DNA of 64,000 bases from an uncultured Spartobacteria bacterium (GCA_903847935.1 CAINEX010000003.1:13250-77249), one strand, 5' to 3'. Counted from the stretch's first letter, positions 17,873 to 28,524 are shown. Translations and numbers: made by a program. Notes: generated by a model not told the origin, from the letters alone.

Positions 17873-19261
17873 TTAAATGTGAATGGCGTGGCCGAGCGCG
17901 GCTTCCGTCGCCTCGAACATGGCCTCACTTAACGTGGGATGAGCATGGATCGTGGAGGCAATATCGTCGTAGGTGGCTTCAAGGGTGATCGCCAACCCCA
18001 TTTCAGCGATCATCTCGGTGGCGTCTGCGCCGATGATGTGAGCTCCGACCAGTTCGCCGTGAGGCTCGTTGAAGAGGAGCTTCACGAAGCCGTCGGTGTC
18101 GCCGACCGCCATCGCCTTGCCGCTGGCCTGGAACGGGAACTTGCCGATCTTGACGGTAAGTCCCTTCTCCTTGGCGGCACGCTCGGTGAGCCCCACGCTA
18201 GCAACCTGTGGATGGCAGTAGGTGCATCCGGGGAAGGTGCGCTTGCGCGCAGGCACTCGCTTGCCGAACATCCCCTCGACGGCCTGAACCGCTTCCCAAC
18301 TCGCGACGTGGGCGAGCCATGGCGGCCCGATGATATCACCGGCTGCGTAAACTCCCGGTATGCTGGTCTCATATCGGTCGTTGACCGCAAGGTATCCTTT
18401 CTCGTCGAGGTTGAAGGGGGCCGCACCGCCTGGAAGGAGCGGGCTGACTCCGATGGCGACCAATGCCACATCGGCGTTGAGTGTCTCATTCGCACCACCT
18501 GAGACCGTAATGCTGACACCCTCCTTCGTGGTCTCGGCCTTCTCGACTTTGGTGCCGGTAAGAAGGCGGATGCCCTGCTTGGTGAGAGATTTGGCAAGGG
18601 CCACGGAGACTTCCGTATCCTCGACCGGGAGGATGTTGGGCATCATTTCGACGACGGTCACCTTGGTGCCGAATGCGTTGAAGAAGTAGGCAAACTCGAT
18701 GCCAATCGCCCCTGCCCCGATCACGATGATCTCCTTGGGCTGCTTTGCGAGGACCAGTGCGTGACGGCTCCCGATGACGCTGGTCCCATTGAAGGCAAAG
18801 CCCGGCATCTCCCGGGTCACGACGCCCGTGGCTATCAGGATCTTTGTGGCCGTGAGGGATTGTTCCGTACCGTCGGCTAACTTCACATCGACGGTGCCTG
18901 TCTTCGGAACGGAGGCCTCCCCCTTGATGTAGTCGACCTTGTTCTTCTTGAGCAGGAACTCAATGCCGCCGGCAAGCTTGTCGGCCACCTTGCGAGATCG
19001 GCCGATCACTTTGTCCCAATCATACTTGAGTCCAGTGACTTCAAGGCCGAAGTCAGCGGCGTGGTGACCGATCAGCGAATAGAGCTCGGCATTTTTGAGG
19101 AGAGCCTTTGTTGGAATGCAACCCCAATTGAGGCAGGTGCCTCCGGCGCGCTCTTTCTCAACAACGGCAACACGTTTTCCGAGTTGTGCGGCGCGGATTG
19201 CGCCAACATAGCCGGCGGGTCCGCCGCCGATCACGATAAGGTCGTAGGGTGTGGTAGCCAT
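17873..19261 (-). CDS. lpdA: Dihydrolipoyl dehydrogenase (E3)
   Basis: DLIVIGGGPAGY FAD motif, redox-active GGTCLNWGCIPTK, and the C-terminal HAHPTLSE motif. Confidence 0.93.
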   Translation of the reverse strand: MATTPYDLIVIGGGPAGYVGAIRAAQLGKRVAVVEKERAGGTCLNWGCIPTKALLKNAELYSLIGHHAADFGLEVTGLKYDWDKVIGRSRKVADKLAGGIEFLLKKNKVDYIKGEASVPKTGTVDVKLADGTEQSLTATKILIATGVVTREMPGFAFNGTSVIGSRHALVLAKQPKEIIVIGAGAIGIEFAYFFNAFGTKVTVVEMMPNILPVEDTEVSVALAKSLTKQGIRLLTGTKVEKAETTKEGVSITVSGGANETLNADVALVAIGVSPLLPGGAAPFNLDEKGYLAVNDRYETSIPGVYAAGDIIGPPWLAHVASWEAVQAVEGMFGKRVPARKRTFPGCTYCHPQVASVGLTERAAKEKGLTVKIGKFPFQASGKAMAVGDTDGFVKLLFNEPHGELVGAHIIGADATEMIAEMGLAITLEATYDDIASTIHAHPTLSEAMFEATEAALGHAIHI

Positions 19262-19387
19262 AGTGATCCTAGATTCCTTATCCGAAGACCATGCGTCAAA
19301 AAGATTCTCACCACGGGCTTCCTCGTGGGACTATCGCGCTTCAAATTCTTTGCGAGCGAGGATCGGCTGTGACAGCATCCCCTCATC

Positions 19388-19741
19388 ATGCAGATTTCGC
19401 TCTCCCTCTTCGGGGATATCCCCGTATTCCACCTTTCCGGAAGACTGGATGTGACCACTACTCCCTCGCTCGAAGAGCGCATCAAGCCAGTGGTAGAAAA
19501 CACAGGTCAAACGATGATCTTCAACTGCCAGGAACTCACCTATATCAGCAGTGCCGGTCTACGTCTTTTCCTCACAGCTCAGCGTCAGTGTGCCGCCTCG
19601 GGTGGAAGCGTTGCATTCGCCGCGTTGAGTCAGCCGGTGGGGGAGCTGTTTGCACTGGCGGGGCTCGATGGACTTTTCACCATCGAATCCTCCGTGGAGG
19701 GTGCGGCCTCGCGTCTTGGTGGTTCGGGTAAGATCTCTTGA
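19388..19741 (+). CDS. STAS-domain anti-sigma-factor antagonist (SpoIIAA-like)
   Basis: 117 aa. The YISSAGLRLFL motif carries the conserved phosphorylatable Ser context. The stop codon directly abuts the convergent mnmG stop. Confidence 0.75.
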   Translation: MQISLSLFGDIPVFHLSGRLDVTTTPSLEERIKPVVENTGQTMIFNCQELTYISSAGLRLFLTAQRQCAASGGSVAFAALSQPVGELFALAGLDGLFTIESSVEGAASRLGGSGKIS

Positions 19742-21643
19742 TTAAGAACATCTGTCGCCTGAGGCATCCGACTCAACAGCGTTGGGAGAACTGATCTTTT
19801 TCATCCAGATCGAGAGCACGGAGATGTCTGCAGGCGTAATGCCGCTGATCCGCGAGGCCTGACCGAGTGTGCCTGGGGAGTAATCGCGGAACTTCTGCCT
19901 TGCCTCCAACCTCATGCTGGGAATCGAATCATAATCTATCCCGGCGGGAATAAGACTCTCCTCCTGCTGGCGATGGCGTTCAATTTGGTCCTGCTCTCGT
20001 CGTAGGTATCCCTCGTACTTGAGGTCTGTCTCCACAAGTTCCCAGATCTCGGGTTTGTATCGCCCGTACAGTTCGGGTGGGAGTTTGCGGGGTGCATTCT
20101 CGGATCGTTTGAGCCACTGCCCCAAGGAAATTCCTTCATGGCTTGTACCCGCGGTTTCTGCAAACAGTGCTTGGATGGAGGCTTGCTTCTTCAAAAAGGT
20201 GTGTTTCCGATATTCACATGCTATTCCTAGTTCTAAAGACTTCTCTGTCAGTCGGATATCACAATTATCTTGGCGCAGTCGCAACCTGTATTCCGCGCGA
20301 CTGGTGAACATTCGATACGGCTCTGGCGTCCCCCTCGTGATGAGATCATCAATCATGACGCCGATATAGGCCTGCTCTCGTCCAAGAACAAAGGGGTCTC
20401 GTTGCTGTACCTTAAGGGCGGCATTGATGCCTGCCATTAGCCCCTGAGCCGCCGCCTCCTCATAGCCTGAAGTTCCGTTGATTTGACCTGCAAAATAAAG
20501 GCCTTCGATCTTCTTTGTTTCAAGTGTTGAGTGAAGTTGATGGGGGGGGCAATAGTCGTACTCAACAGCATATCCCGGTCGGAGAATCTCCGCCTTCTCC
20601 AGTGATGGGATGGATCGAATGAAATCATACTGCACTTCATAGGGCAAACTTGTTGAGACTCCATTGACGTATATTTCTCCCGTGTGCCTTCCTTCCGGCT
20701 CCAGAAAGATCTGATGTCGCGATTTTTCCGCAAACTTAACCACCTTATCCTCAATCGAAGGACAATACCTGGGTCCCACTCCATCAATCACTCCAGCGTA
20801 GAGCGGTGAGAGGTGGAGATTTTGTCGGATGATCGTGTGCGTCTCTTCGGTCGTGTAGGTAATCCAGCAAGGGATTTGTTCCACATGGAACAATCGATCA
20901 CGGAAGTGATTGAGCGTATGAAGATCGTGGGGACCTTTTTCTATGGATTCAGGAATGTGAGAAAAAAGTGGTTCCGGTGTATCGCCGTCTTGGCGCTCAC
21001 ATCGGGTGAAATCAATCGATTTCGCCAATAGGCGGCAAGGGGTCCCCGTCTTGAAACGCCCAACCTCAAATCCTAACTCCTTAAGGTGATCACTCAGGGT
21101 CGATATCGATTCTCCCATCCTACCTCCTGTCTGTGTCTTCATTCCCACATGGAGAAGACCACGCATGAAGGTTCCTGTGGTGATGACAACGGAAGATGCT
21201 AAAAACCGGAGTCCTAGGTTGGTCTCTACCCCAGTGATCTTATCTCCATCAACCAAGAGATTGGTGATATTTGCTTGTTTCAGTGAAAGGTTAGGGAGGT
21301 TCTCCAACAGAGCTTTGAGACGAAATTGATAGGCTTTCTTATCGCACTGGGCTCGCGGTGCTCGAACGCTTGGACCTTTGGAAGCATTCAACATGCGGAA
21401 CTGAATTCCTGTCGCATCCGTATTTATACCCATCAATCCACCCAGAGCATCTATTTCGCGAACCATGTGACCTTTGGCTAATCCTCCAATGGCCGGGTTA
21501 CAGGACATCTGACCGATCGTGTCAGCATTTTGGGTGAGAAGAAGTGTTTTGCAACCGAGACGTGCCGCCGCATGTGCAGCTTCGATACCAGCATGACCCG
21601 CACCGATAATTAAAACATCAAAGTGATCAGGATAGGTGTACAT
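19742..21643 (-). CDS. mnmG: tRNA uridine 5-carboxymethylaminomethyl modification enzyme MnmG (GidA)
   Basis: [19 protein letters not shown] motif and a full-length GidA-like sequence. ATG at 21643 ([10 protein letters not shown]) is preferred to GTG at 21658. Confidence 0.95.
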   Translation of the reverse strand: MYTYPDHFDVLIIGAGHAGIEAAHAAARLGCKTLLLTQNADTIGQMSCNPAIGGLAKGHMVREIDALGGLMGINTDATGIQFRMLNASKGPSVRAPRAQCDKKAYQFRLKALLENLPNLSLKQANITNLLVDGDKITGVETNLGLRFLASSVVITTGTFMRGLLHVGMKTQTGGRMGESISTLSDHLKELGFEVGRFKTGTPCRLLAKSIDFTRCERQDGDTPEPLFSHIPESIEKGPHDLHTLNHFRDRLFHVEQIPCWITYTTEETHTIIRQNLHLSPLYAGVIDGVGPRYCPSIEDKVVKFAEKSRHQIFLEPEGRHTGEIYVNGVSTSLPYEVQYDFIRSIPSLEKAEILRPGYAVEYDYCPPHQLHSTLETKKIEGLYFAGQINGTSGYEEAAAQGLMAGINAALKVQQRDPFVLGREQAYIGVMIDDLITRGTPEPYRMFTSRAEYRLRLRQDNCDIRLTEKSLELGIACEYRKHTFLKKQASIQALFAETAGTSHEGISLGQWLKRSENAPRKLPPELYGRYKPEIWELVETDLKYEGYLRREQDQIERHRQQEESLIPAGIDYDSIPSMRLEARQKFRDYSPGTLGQASRISGITPADISVLSIWMKKISSPNAVESDASGDRCS

Positions 21644-21736
21644 CGAGGTATGTTCCACATGGAACTTTTATATAAGTTTTTATTAATGAATACATTATAA
21701 TTCTAAATTCCGTTATATCCCGACGACGCGAACTGT

Positions 21737-21770
21737 GTGTGGTTTTCTTGTGAAGAAGTGTGGTTTTCTT
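21737..21770 (+). repeat. 13-bp direct repeat GTGTGGTTTTCTT x2 with 21-bp period
   Basis: Exact copies at 21737-21749 and 21758-21770. The core TGTGGTTTT matches the DnaA-box complement at 6 of 9 positions. Confidence 0.7.
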
Positions 21771-21952
21771 TAAAAACTTGTTTCATGGAACAAAAGGTTG
21801 GGATCAACTTCTTATGGTAGGGAGAAGGATTCACACCAAATCGTCTTTTACAACTCTCTTCTTTTAAGGATCTTGACCATTCGAGAAAATGTTTACTCAC
21901 ACTCTTATGATTAAGAAGATCTTGTCCTAAAAAATAAGAAATCCATAAAAGG

Positions 21953-21961
21953 TGTGGATAA
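21953..21961. promoter_or_regulatory. Perfect consensus DnaA box (TGTGGATAA = TTATCCACA on the other strand)
   Basis: Exact 9-mer match read directly from the sequence (ggTGTGGATAAgt). Confidence 0.5.
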
Positions 21962-22076
21962 GTTTTTCTTAGGCAGGCCCCGATCGTTCTGCCTCTTCCT
22001 TGAGCATATCTTAAAGGAGAGGAGTTGCTGAAGATTTCTTTCCGTGGGCGGTGGGATTCATTAGATATTGATCTTT

Positions 22077-23024
22077 ATGGCAACGTTATCGTTAAAACGG
22101 GAAAGATCTGGAACAAAAACCTTTTTTCTCTGGATGTTTGCGTTGGCGCTACTTGTCTCGATTGGAATCCATTATCTCTTCTTTGAAACAACACAATCGT
22201 GGGTGATCAATGCGTTCTCTCCGGAAACGTATGATCAGATCGTTCCAAGGACTTTCCGCATGAAGCGTGTGGAAATCGACCCAAAAGTTTTGGAGGAACA
22301 GCGACCGGTGGAAAAAAAGTTCGCGACGCAGCCAGTCCTCCTGGATCAGGAAAGACCTTTGGATAAAGCACAGGAACAAGCAAAAAGAGAATCAACACTC
22401 ATCAAACCAAAGGAATTAGATCAGGAACTTTTGCCTCGGGAAAAGGCGGATATGGAGAAAACTGTAGCGAGTGGAGGGAAAGTACTGGCAGGAATCCAGA
22501 TGCCAGAGGATGTGGGGAAGAACCATGAGTTGGAAACAATCCTCGACCCATCACCTGAGCCAAGTGATATGGCGCTCCCAACAAGTCCAAAAGGAAAAGG
22601 GGAAAGTGTCGGCGAAAAGTTCAGTTCCTTGGATGACCTCCTTGCCGGAAAAGAAAGCGTTACTGCAGCAACAGCGCCGATCTTGATGCCGACCGATCTC
22701 CTCTTCGGTTATGACGCAGATACACTCAAGCCCGAAGCGGCCCAGTCACTGGCCAAACTGGGCGCCCTCATTCAAAGGAATGCACAGGCAAGATTTAGAA
22801 TCGAGGGACACACAGACTCCTTTGGGAGTGATGAGTACAACAATGCACTCAGTCTGCGGCGGGCAGAGGCAGTCCGGAGTTGGCTTCAACTAAACATGGG
22901 TATCAACCCCAACTTGATGACAATAGCCGGCTTCGGAAAAAGCAGGCTACTGGTTTCTGCAACAGGAACAGTTGAAGAACAGCAGATCAATCGGAGGGTT
23001 GAGATTGTGATTATTACCCAATAA
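22077..23024 (+). CDS. OmpA-family peptidoglycan-binding protein with N-terminal TM anchor
   Basis: The C-terminal OmpA_C block is FGYDADTLKPEAAQSLAKLGALIQ...IEGHTDSFGSDEYNNALSLRRAEAV...NRRVEIVI. There is one N-terminal TM helix. ATG at 22077. Confidence 0.8.
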   Translation: MATLSLKRERSGTKTFFLWMFALALLVSIGIHYLFFETTQSWVINAFSPETYDQIVPRTFRMKRVEIDPKVLEEQRPVEKKFATQPVLLDQERPLDKAQEQAKRESTLIKPKELDQELLPREKADMEKTVASGGKVLAGIQMPEDVGKNHELETILDPSPEPSDMALPTSPKGKGESVGEKFSSLDDLLAGKESVTAATAPILMPTDLLFGYDADTLKPEAAQSLAKLGALIQRNAQARFRIEGHTDSFGSDEYNNALSLRRAEAVRSWLQLNMGINPNLMTIAGFGKSRLLVSATGTVEEQQINRRVEIVIITQ

Positions 23025-23038
23025 GGAGAGAATGCTTT

Positions 23039-25816
23039 ATGGAGGGAATTGTTCCGTTATCCGAGCATCGTGCCCAAATTCAGCGCGAAGTCGCCAAGAA
23101 GCTACATGCCGTGCTTGATGGTCAGAAGGAACTGCCTATTCAACAGCTTCTCACATTCAGAAAACGGGAGGAACACCGACTCAAGCTCTGGCATCGTGCA
23201 GGAGGGGGTGGAAGGGAGATCGCGGGGAGAAGATCCGAATTGGTGGATATTCTGCTTCGCGAAATATTCCGATTTGCGACCCGAAAGGAGCTTTTGGAAT
23301 CCGGAAATAAAGAAATGCCCGGTCTCGTCGTAAGTGCGTTCGGAGGATATGGAAGAAAAGAGCTCAACCCCTTCAGTGATGTCGATATCACATTCCTTCA
23401 TGAAGGGGAAAAAACTACCCCGTCCATGGAGAAGGTGGTCACCACCTGTCTGATGGCTCTTTGGGATCTGGGATTCAAGGTCGGTCATGCCACGCGTTCC
23501 ATCCAGGGTGCCATCGACCAGGCAAACATCGACATGATGGCCAAGACAGCCATGTTGGAAAGCCGTTGGCTCGCGGGAGAAAAAAAAATCTTTGAGGATT
23601 TCCGGGAGAAATTCGAACGTGCTTGTGTCCAGGGACAGGAAAAAAGCTATATCCTCTTTCGGTTGGAAAACATGAAAGAGCTTCGTGCCAAATATGGTGC
23701 AAGCGTCTTCATGCAGGAGCCGAACATCAAGTCGGGTTGCGGAGGGCTCAGGGATTATCAAAACCTCCTTTGGACAGGAATGTTCCATTCCGGTGCCTAT
23801 AGTCTGGCGCGGCTGGTGGAGGAACACATCCTGCATGGAAAGGAGAAGAGACTTCTCGATGAAGCGCATGACTTTCTTCTCCGTGTAAGAACGGAAATGC
23901 ATTACCAGACGGGGCGTGCTGCGGACCAGTTGACTCTCCAGCTCCAAGGCAAGGTGGCCACGGCACTGGAATACCCCGAAAAAAACATCCTCCGAAGATG
24001 CGAGGCGTTCATGCGTGATTATTACCGGCACACACGGGAAGTTCACCTCATCACGACGCTCGCCTTGGGACACATCCGCGAACAACGAGGGATGAGGACG
24101 ACTTTGCTCGGGAAGTTGCTAGGACGGCGGGAAAAGACGGTGGATGAAATGGAAATCAGGGAGGGAGAGCTTTTTCCCAAAGCCAGGGATATCTTCAATA
24201 AGGATCCTTCCCGAATGATGAGGGCTTTCCAGTTGGCCCAAAAGAGACAATTGAAATTTTCCGCCGAGCTCGGAGATCTGGTCAAGCGACGTCTCAAGTT
24301 GGTGGACCGGACGTTTCAGTATAATAAGGAAAACCGGACTGTTTTCCTGGATATCCTTTCCCGCAAGGGGGAGGTTGGCCGGATCCTCAGACTCATGCAC
24401 GATCTGGGCTTCCTAGGAAAATATTTGCCGGAATTCGCCCCGTTGACCTGCCTTGTACAGCACGAATTTTTTCACCGATACACGGCTGATGAGCACACGC
24501 TCCGATGCATCGATAAAATCGATGAGTTGCTCTTCACCAAGAATCCCAAACTTCAGCGATATGGAGAAATCTTCAGGAGAATCGAGGACCCGGCGGTCCT
24601 TTACCTTGCCATGCTTCTCCATGACACGGGCAAGGCTGCAAACACCCGGCACCACGAGGAGGAAAGCGCCCTCGCCGCGCTGAAGGTTTCACGAAGGCTT
24701 CAGCTCGCCACGAAAAGGCTCAAGATGCTGGTCACGTTGGTGGATGCTCACGGGGAGATGAGCGGCGTGGCACGTTCCCGGAATATCGAGGACCCGGCGA
24801 CCGTGGAGGAGTTCGCACAGATCATCAAGGATCCCATCATTCTGGACGCCCTCATGGTGATCACGTTGGCCGACGGCATGGGTACCAGCGACGAGGGATG
24901 GAGTGACTGGAAAGAGCAGTTGGTCTGGAAGCTCTATCATGAGACAAGAAAATGCCTTCGCGACAGCGAGGGATTCCTACAGGAACGCAACAAGCGCCGC
25001 GAGGATCTTCGAGCGCAGGTCACAGATAATCTTACTTCCGGATACGGGGAGGAGGAGGAGGCTCACTTGAGTGGAATGCCCGAGCGCTATCTACAAGCAA
25101 AGGCTGCCAAGGAAATAGCGGGACACATTCGTCTCTTCCGCAGGTTTTTCGAACAGGGGTTGCAGCAGGATGGTCCGAACCTCGATCCCATCATCGAGTG
25201 GATTGATCACCCGGAAGCCGGATACGCGGAGGTTCTTGTGTGCGGCTGGGATAGAGAGCGATTGCTAGAGCGCCTGTCCGCCGCCTTTCTTGGAGTTGGC
25301 ATCAACGTGCTCGGTGCCGATGTCTTCACACGGAGAGATCAATTGATCCTGGATATCTTCAAAGTCTCCAACCACCGGAATGATCCCCTTCCCGCCGAAC
25401 GCGACCGCAAGCAGTTCGAGCAACGGCTGAAAGAGTTACTCATGGCGCCGGGGAGCCGACAGGTTCCCGAACCAACGAAGCCGGTTCGTCTCGAGAGGAA
25501 TGTGATTGCGAACCCTGAGGACGAGGAGTTGCCAGTCTGGGTAAAACTCAATAACACGGCGCATCCATCGTGTACGATTCTTGAAGTTCAGGCGCCTGAC
25601 CGAATGGGGCTTCTTTACCATCTGCTACGCGCCATCTCGCATGGGGGTATCTCCATCGAGGCAGCCCGTATTGCAACCGAGCAGAAAGCTGCGTTGGATG
25701 TTTTTTATCTCAGGACCAAAGAGGGTGAAAAGATCCAGGAGAAAAATTTGCAGATGAGACTGGAGAGACGCCTTCGTCTAGCCTCCGCGCGCGCGAACAT
25801 CGAGGGAAAACGATGA
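23039..25816 (+). CDS. glnD: [Protein-PII] uridylyltransferase/uridylyl-removing enzyme
   Basis: 925 aa. Nucleotidyltransferase motif GGYGRKELNPFSDVDI, an HD domain (LLHDTGK), and two C-terminal ACT-like regions. Confidence 0.85.
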   Translation: MEGIVPLSEHRAQIQREVAKKLHAVLDGQKELPIQQLLTFRKREEHRLKLWHRAGGGGREIAGRRSELVDILLREIFRFATRKELLESGNKEMPGLVVSAFGGYGRKELNPFSDVDITFLHEGEKTTPSMEKVVTTCLMALWDLGFKVGHATRSIQGAIDQANIDMMAKTAMLESRWLAGEKKIFEDFREKFERACVQGQEKSYILFRLENMKELRAKYGASVFMQEPNIKSGCGGLRDYQNLLWTGMFHSGAYSLARLVEEHILHGKEKRLLDEAHDFLLRVRTEMHYQTGRAADQLTLQLQGKVATALEYPEKNILRRCEAFMRDYYRHTREVHLITTLALGHIREQRGMRTTLLGKLLGRREKTVDEMEIREGELFPKARDIFNKDPSRMMRAFQLAQKRQLKFSAELGDLVKRRLKLVDRTFQYNKENRTVFLDILSRKGEVGRILRLMHDLGFLGKYLPEFAPLTCLVQHEFFHRYTADEHTLRCIDKIDELLFTKNPKLQRYGEIFRRIEDPAVLYLAMLLHDTGKAANTRHHEEESALAALKVSRRLQLATKRLKMLVTLVDAHGEMSGVARSRNIEDPATVEEFAQIIKDPIILDALMVITLADGMGTSDEGWSDWKEQLVWKLYHETRKCLRDSEGFLQERNKRREDLRAQVTDNLTSGYGEEEEAHLSGMPERYLQAKAAKEIAGHIRLFRRFFEQGLQQDGPNLDPIIEWIDHPEAGYAEVLVCGWDRERLLERLSAAFLGVGINVLGADVFTRRDQLILDIFKVSNHRNDPLPAERDRKQFEQRLKELLMAPGSRQVPEPTKPVRLERNVIANPEDEELPVWVKLNNTAHPSCTILEVQAPDRMGLLYHLLRAISHGGISIEAARIATEQKAALDVFYLRTKEGEKIQEKNLQMRLERRLRLASARANIEGKR

Positions 25817-28392
25817 GCTTGGGTTCCTCCGTGGTTATGTGCTGGAGAGGTTCCCTGCGGCCTTTGATCCAGCGCCCTCGAGCCGCCGCGCTCGGAATCC
25901 TTAGCATAGCCCTCGGAGTGACCGTATTCTTGGCGATCACGATCGCCAATCGGAGCGCGGTGGAGAGTTTTCATCAGGCTTTTTCCATGATTACGGGCCG
26001 TGCGGATCTAGAAATCCGAGGGAAGATTCCGGAGACCGTGCTTCCCAATGTACGAGCCTGCCCGGGTGTGGAAGCGGCCACACCGATGATCGAGGCCATG
26101 GTAACGCTTCCTGATTTTCCCGGTGAGTCGGTGCACATCGTGGGAATCGACCCTTTTACGGCAAACGACCTTTTGCCGATGAAGCCCGCCTTCGGATCCA
26201 ACGGCGAAGGGGATCTGGGAGAATGGCTGACACGTAACGATTGCGTCGCCGTGAACGAGGGCTTCCTGACACGCCACCACTTGCAAAAGGGAGATGCACT
26301 CACCCTACAGGGACCCGGAAAACCCCGGCAAGTGCAGCTCACGTATATCCTCCATCATGTTGAGGCGACGGCTGCATCCGGTGCCGGAGTTGCCGCCATG
26401 GATTTGGCAACCGCGCAGGAATGGGTCGGCCAAACCGGGACATTGTCGGCCATTCTTATCAAGCTCCGGAATCGAGAGGAACGAAAGGAAGTTGAGGAGC
26501 GTCTCCATCAGCTTCTGCCATTGGATATAACGGTAGAGCCCCCTTCCATGCGTACCAAGCAGGTGGACATCATGCTCTCCGCGTTCCGCTTGAACCTGAC
26601 AGCGCTGAGCCTTGTTTCGCTGTTGGTGGGGATGTTCTTTGTGGGAAACTCCGCAGCGGCCTCCGTCGTCAGGCGCCGAGTATCCCTGGGTATTATGAGG
26701 GCATTGGGGATGGGGCGAACGACCATCCTGCAGATGGTGTTAATGGAAGCGGCTTTCAGTGGAGTTGTTGGATCCCTTCTTGGGGTGTTGTTTTCACCGG
26801 TTCTCTCCGCGGTGTTGGCGGCACCGGTGGCAAAAACCGTGACCTCTCTCTACTTACCGGTAGATGCCCGGGGAGGATGGCCCAGCATGCCTGAGATGGT
26901 GGCTGGAGTCATCATCGGGACGGTAGCCTCCATGGTTGCTGCCTGGATTCCGGCGCGGCAGGCCGCGTACGTTGATCCAACACGAGTGCTTCACCCCGGA
27001 TCGGCACCCGAAATCTTCCCCATGCACGCGGGTCTGCTTGCCTTGACGGGTTTGGCGTCCTTGTTGCTAGCCCTTGCGTTCTCGCTGGGTGCGTTGGATG
27101 GAGGCGTTCCCATACTGGGATTCGGTGCCGCCTTCTGCATTCTAGCCGGTTTTTCACTCATGGTACCTTTCGCAACGCAATGGGTCGCGTGGGTCTTGAG
27201 GGTCGTGCTGGCTGTCCGAAGTTGGCCCGGAGGGACGATCCTGCGTATCGCACTTGAGCAGACCATGCGCTCCTTGCACAGGACCGCGCCTACGATTGCC
27301 GCACTTGCCGCCGCCGCGGCGATGACCGTTGGAATCAGTGTCATGATCCACTCTTTCCGGGGAAGTGTGATCGCTTGGGCGGGAAGAACATTAACAGCCG
27401 ATCTTTTCATTGCACCTGCGGCGAACGAGTTGCTTGGGCTCGAGCATACGCTCCCTGAGGGCGCCGCTTCATGGTGGGCAAGCAGGCCGGATGTGGCCGC
27501 CGTGGGTAGCTTCCGGGAAGTGGAAGCACGGACCACGCATGGTGAGCAGGTCACACTCGGTGTTGTGGCGGGGCCTGCGCGAGGATCGGTTGATTTCATT
27601 CATGGCGCCGCAGAGGAAAAAACCCGCGCTTTAGAAAACGGGGGGGTGGTGGCGTTATCCGAGAGTCTGGGCCGCCGATTAAAATTGGTACCGGGAGACA
27701 CGTTGGTTCTCTCCGGACCATCCGGACCCCTTTCGTTGAAGATCTTGGATTATTACCGCGATTACACGCGTGATCGCGGGATTGCCATGATAGGGGCCGC
27801 TTACTTTGCGAGAGTCTGGGGAGCGAAAGGGGTCCATTCGCTGGCCATCGAATTTCGACCGGGAACTTCGCCGGAAAGCCGGGAGCAGGAGTTGATCGCC
27901 TTTGATAACACCTTTGGTGGTAAGGAGGCCTTTGCCAGTTATAGCAACCAATCTTTGAAGGCACGCATCCTGGAGATCTTTAACCAGACCTTTGCCGTGA
28001 CGGCTGTACTCAAGAGCATATCCATCGCCGTGGCGGTTGGGGGTGTCATGTTGACCTTGGGTATCTTGGTAATAGAGCGGTCGCGAGATCTCGGGGTGCT
28101 TCGTTCCCTCGGCGCATCCAAAGCTCAGATTGTACGTATCATGCTCTGCGAGGCCGCCTTGATCGGCATGATTGCAAGTTTGGTGGGCATCGTGAGTGGT
28201 GCTGTTCTGGCGCTAGTCCTGACGTGGGTGGTAAATAAGGCTTTTTTTGGGTGGAGTATCGATTTGGCATACCCGTGGTGGGAGATCATTATTGTCCCGA
28301 TTTGGATGACGGTAGCTGCGCTTGTGGCGGGGTATTTTCCAGCCGTTGGTGCGTCCAAAACTTTACCTGCCGCTGCTTTACGGACGGAATAA
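25813..28392 (+). CDS. FtsX-like ABC transporter permease with duplicated FtsX domains (MacB/YbbP type)
   Basis: 859 aa. Two blocks of four TM helices are separated by large periplasmic loops, and GILRALGMG / GVLRSLGAS motifs are present. The ATG overlaps the glnD stop (ATGA). No ATPase gene is adjacent. Confidence 0.8.
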   Translation: MSLGSSVVMCWRGSLRPLIQRPRAAALGILSIALGVTVFLAITIANRSAVESFHQAFSMITGRADLEIRGKIPETVLPNVRACPGVEAATPMIEAMVTLPDFPGESVHIVGIDPFTANDLLPMKPAFGSNGEGDLGEWLTRNDCVAVNEGFLTRHHLQKGDALTLQGPGKPRQVQLTYILHHVEATAASGAGVAAMDLATAQEWVGQTGTLSAILIKLRNREERKEVEERLHQLLPLDITVEPPSMRTKQVDIMLSAFRLNLTALSLVSLLVGMFFVGNSAAASVVRRRVSLGIMRALGMGRTTILQMVLMEAAFSGVVGSLLGVLFSPVLSAVLAAPVAKTVTSLYLPVDARGGWPSMPEMVAGVIIGTVASMVAAWIPARQAAYVDPTRVLHPGSAPEIFPMHAGLLALTGLASLLLALAFSLGALDGGVPILGFGAAFCILAGFSLMVPFATQWVAWVLRVVLAVRSWPGGTILRIALEQTMRSLHRTAPTIAALAAAAAMTVGISVMIHSFRGSVIAWAGRTLTADLFIAPAANELLGLEHTLPEGAASWWASRPDVAAVGSFREVEARTTHGEQVTLGVVAGPARGSVDFIHGAAEEKTRALENGGVVALSESLGRRLKLVPGDTLVLSGPSGPLSLKILDYYRDYTRDRGIAMIGAAYFARVWGAKGVHSLAIEFRPGTSPESREQELIAFDNTFGGKEAFASYSNQSLKARILEIFNQTFAVTAVLKSISIAVAVGGVMLTLGILVIERSRDLGVLRSLGASKAQIVRIMLCEAALIGMIASLVGIVSGAVLALVLTWVVNKAFFGWSIDLAYPWWEIIIVPIWMTVAALVAGYFPAVGASKTLPAAALRTE

Positions 28393-28483
28393 GCTAAATT
28401 TTTAAGAAGACATCAAAAAACAGTTGATCTTGGGGGCAAAAGCTATAAGGTAGGCTTATCGAAAGATTGTTCTGGGGGGAACA

Positions 28484-28524
28484 ACAGGCCGTCGTATCCT
28501 ATGATGCGGCGGCCTGTATCTTTT
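28484..28524 (+). terminator. Possible terminator downstream of the FtsX-like permease gene
   Basis: ACAGGCCG (28484-28491) pairs with CGGCCTGT (28510-28517), with an 18-nt loop, followed by ATCTTTT. Confidence 0.35.

Larger units (their letters stand above)
21659..22076. other. Very AT-rich intergenic region between divergent mnmG and the ompA-like gene; candidate oriC/DNA-unwinding region (speculative)
   Basis: Hand counts give 12/60 GC for 21661-21720 and 28-42% for the following 60-nt lines, against about 58-65% in typical genes here. Confidence 0.3.

Noticed and set aside
21703-21900. A 65-aa ORF inside the AT-rich mnmG upstream region.
   Set aside because: Its composition simply mirrors the AT-rich DNA, with no RBS or recognisable motif. 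It overlaps the repeats and regulatory-looking sequence.
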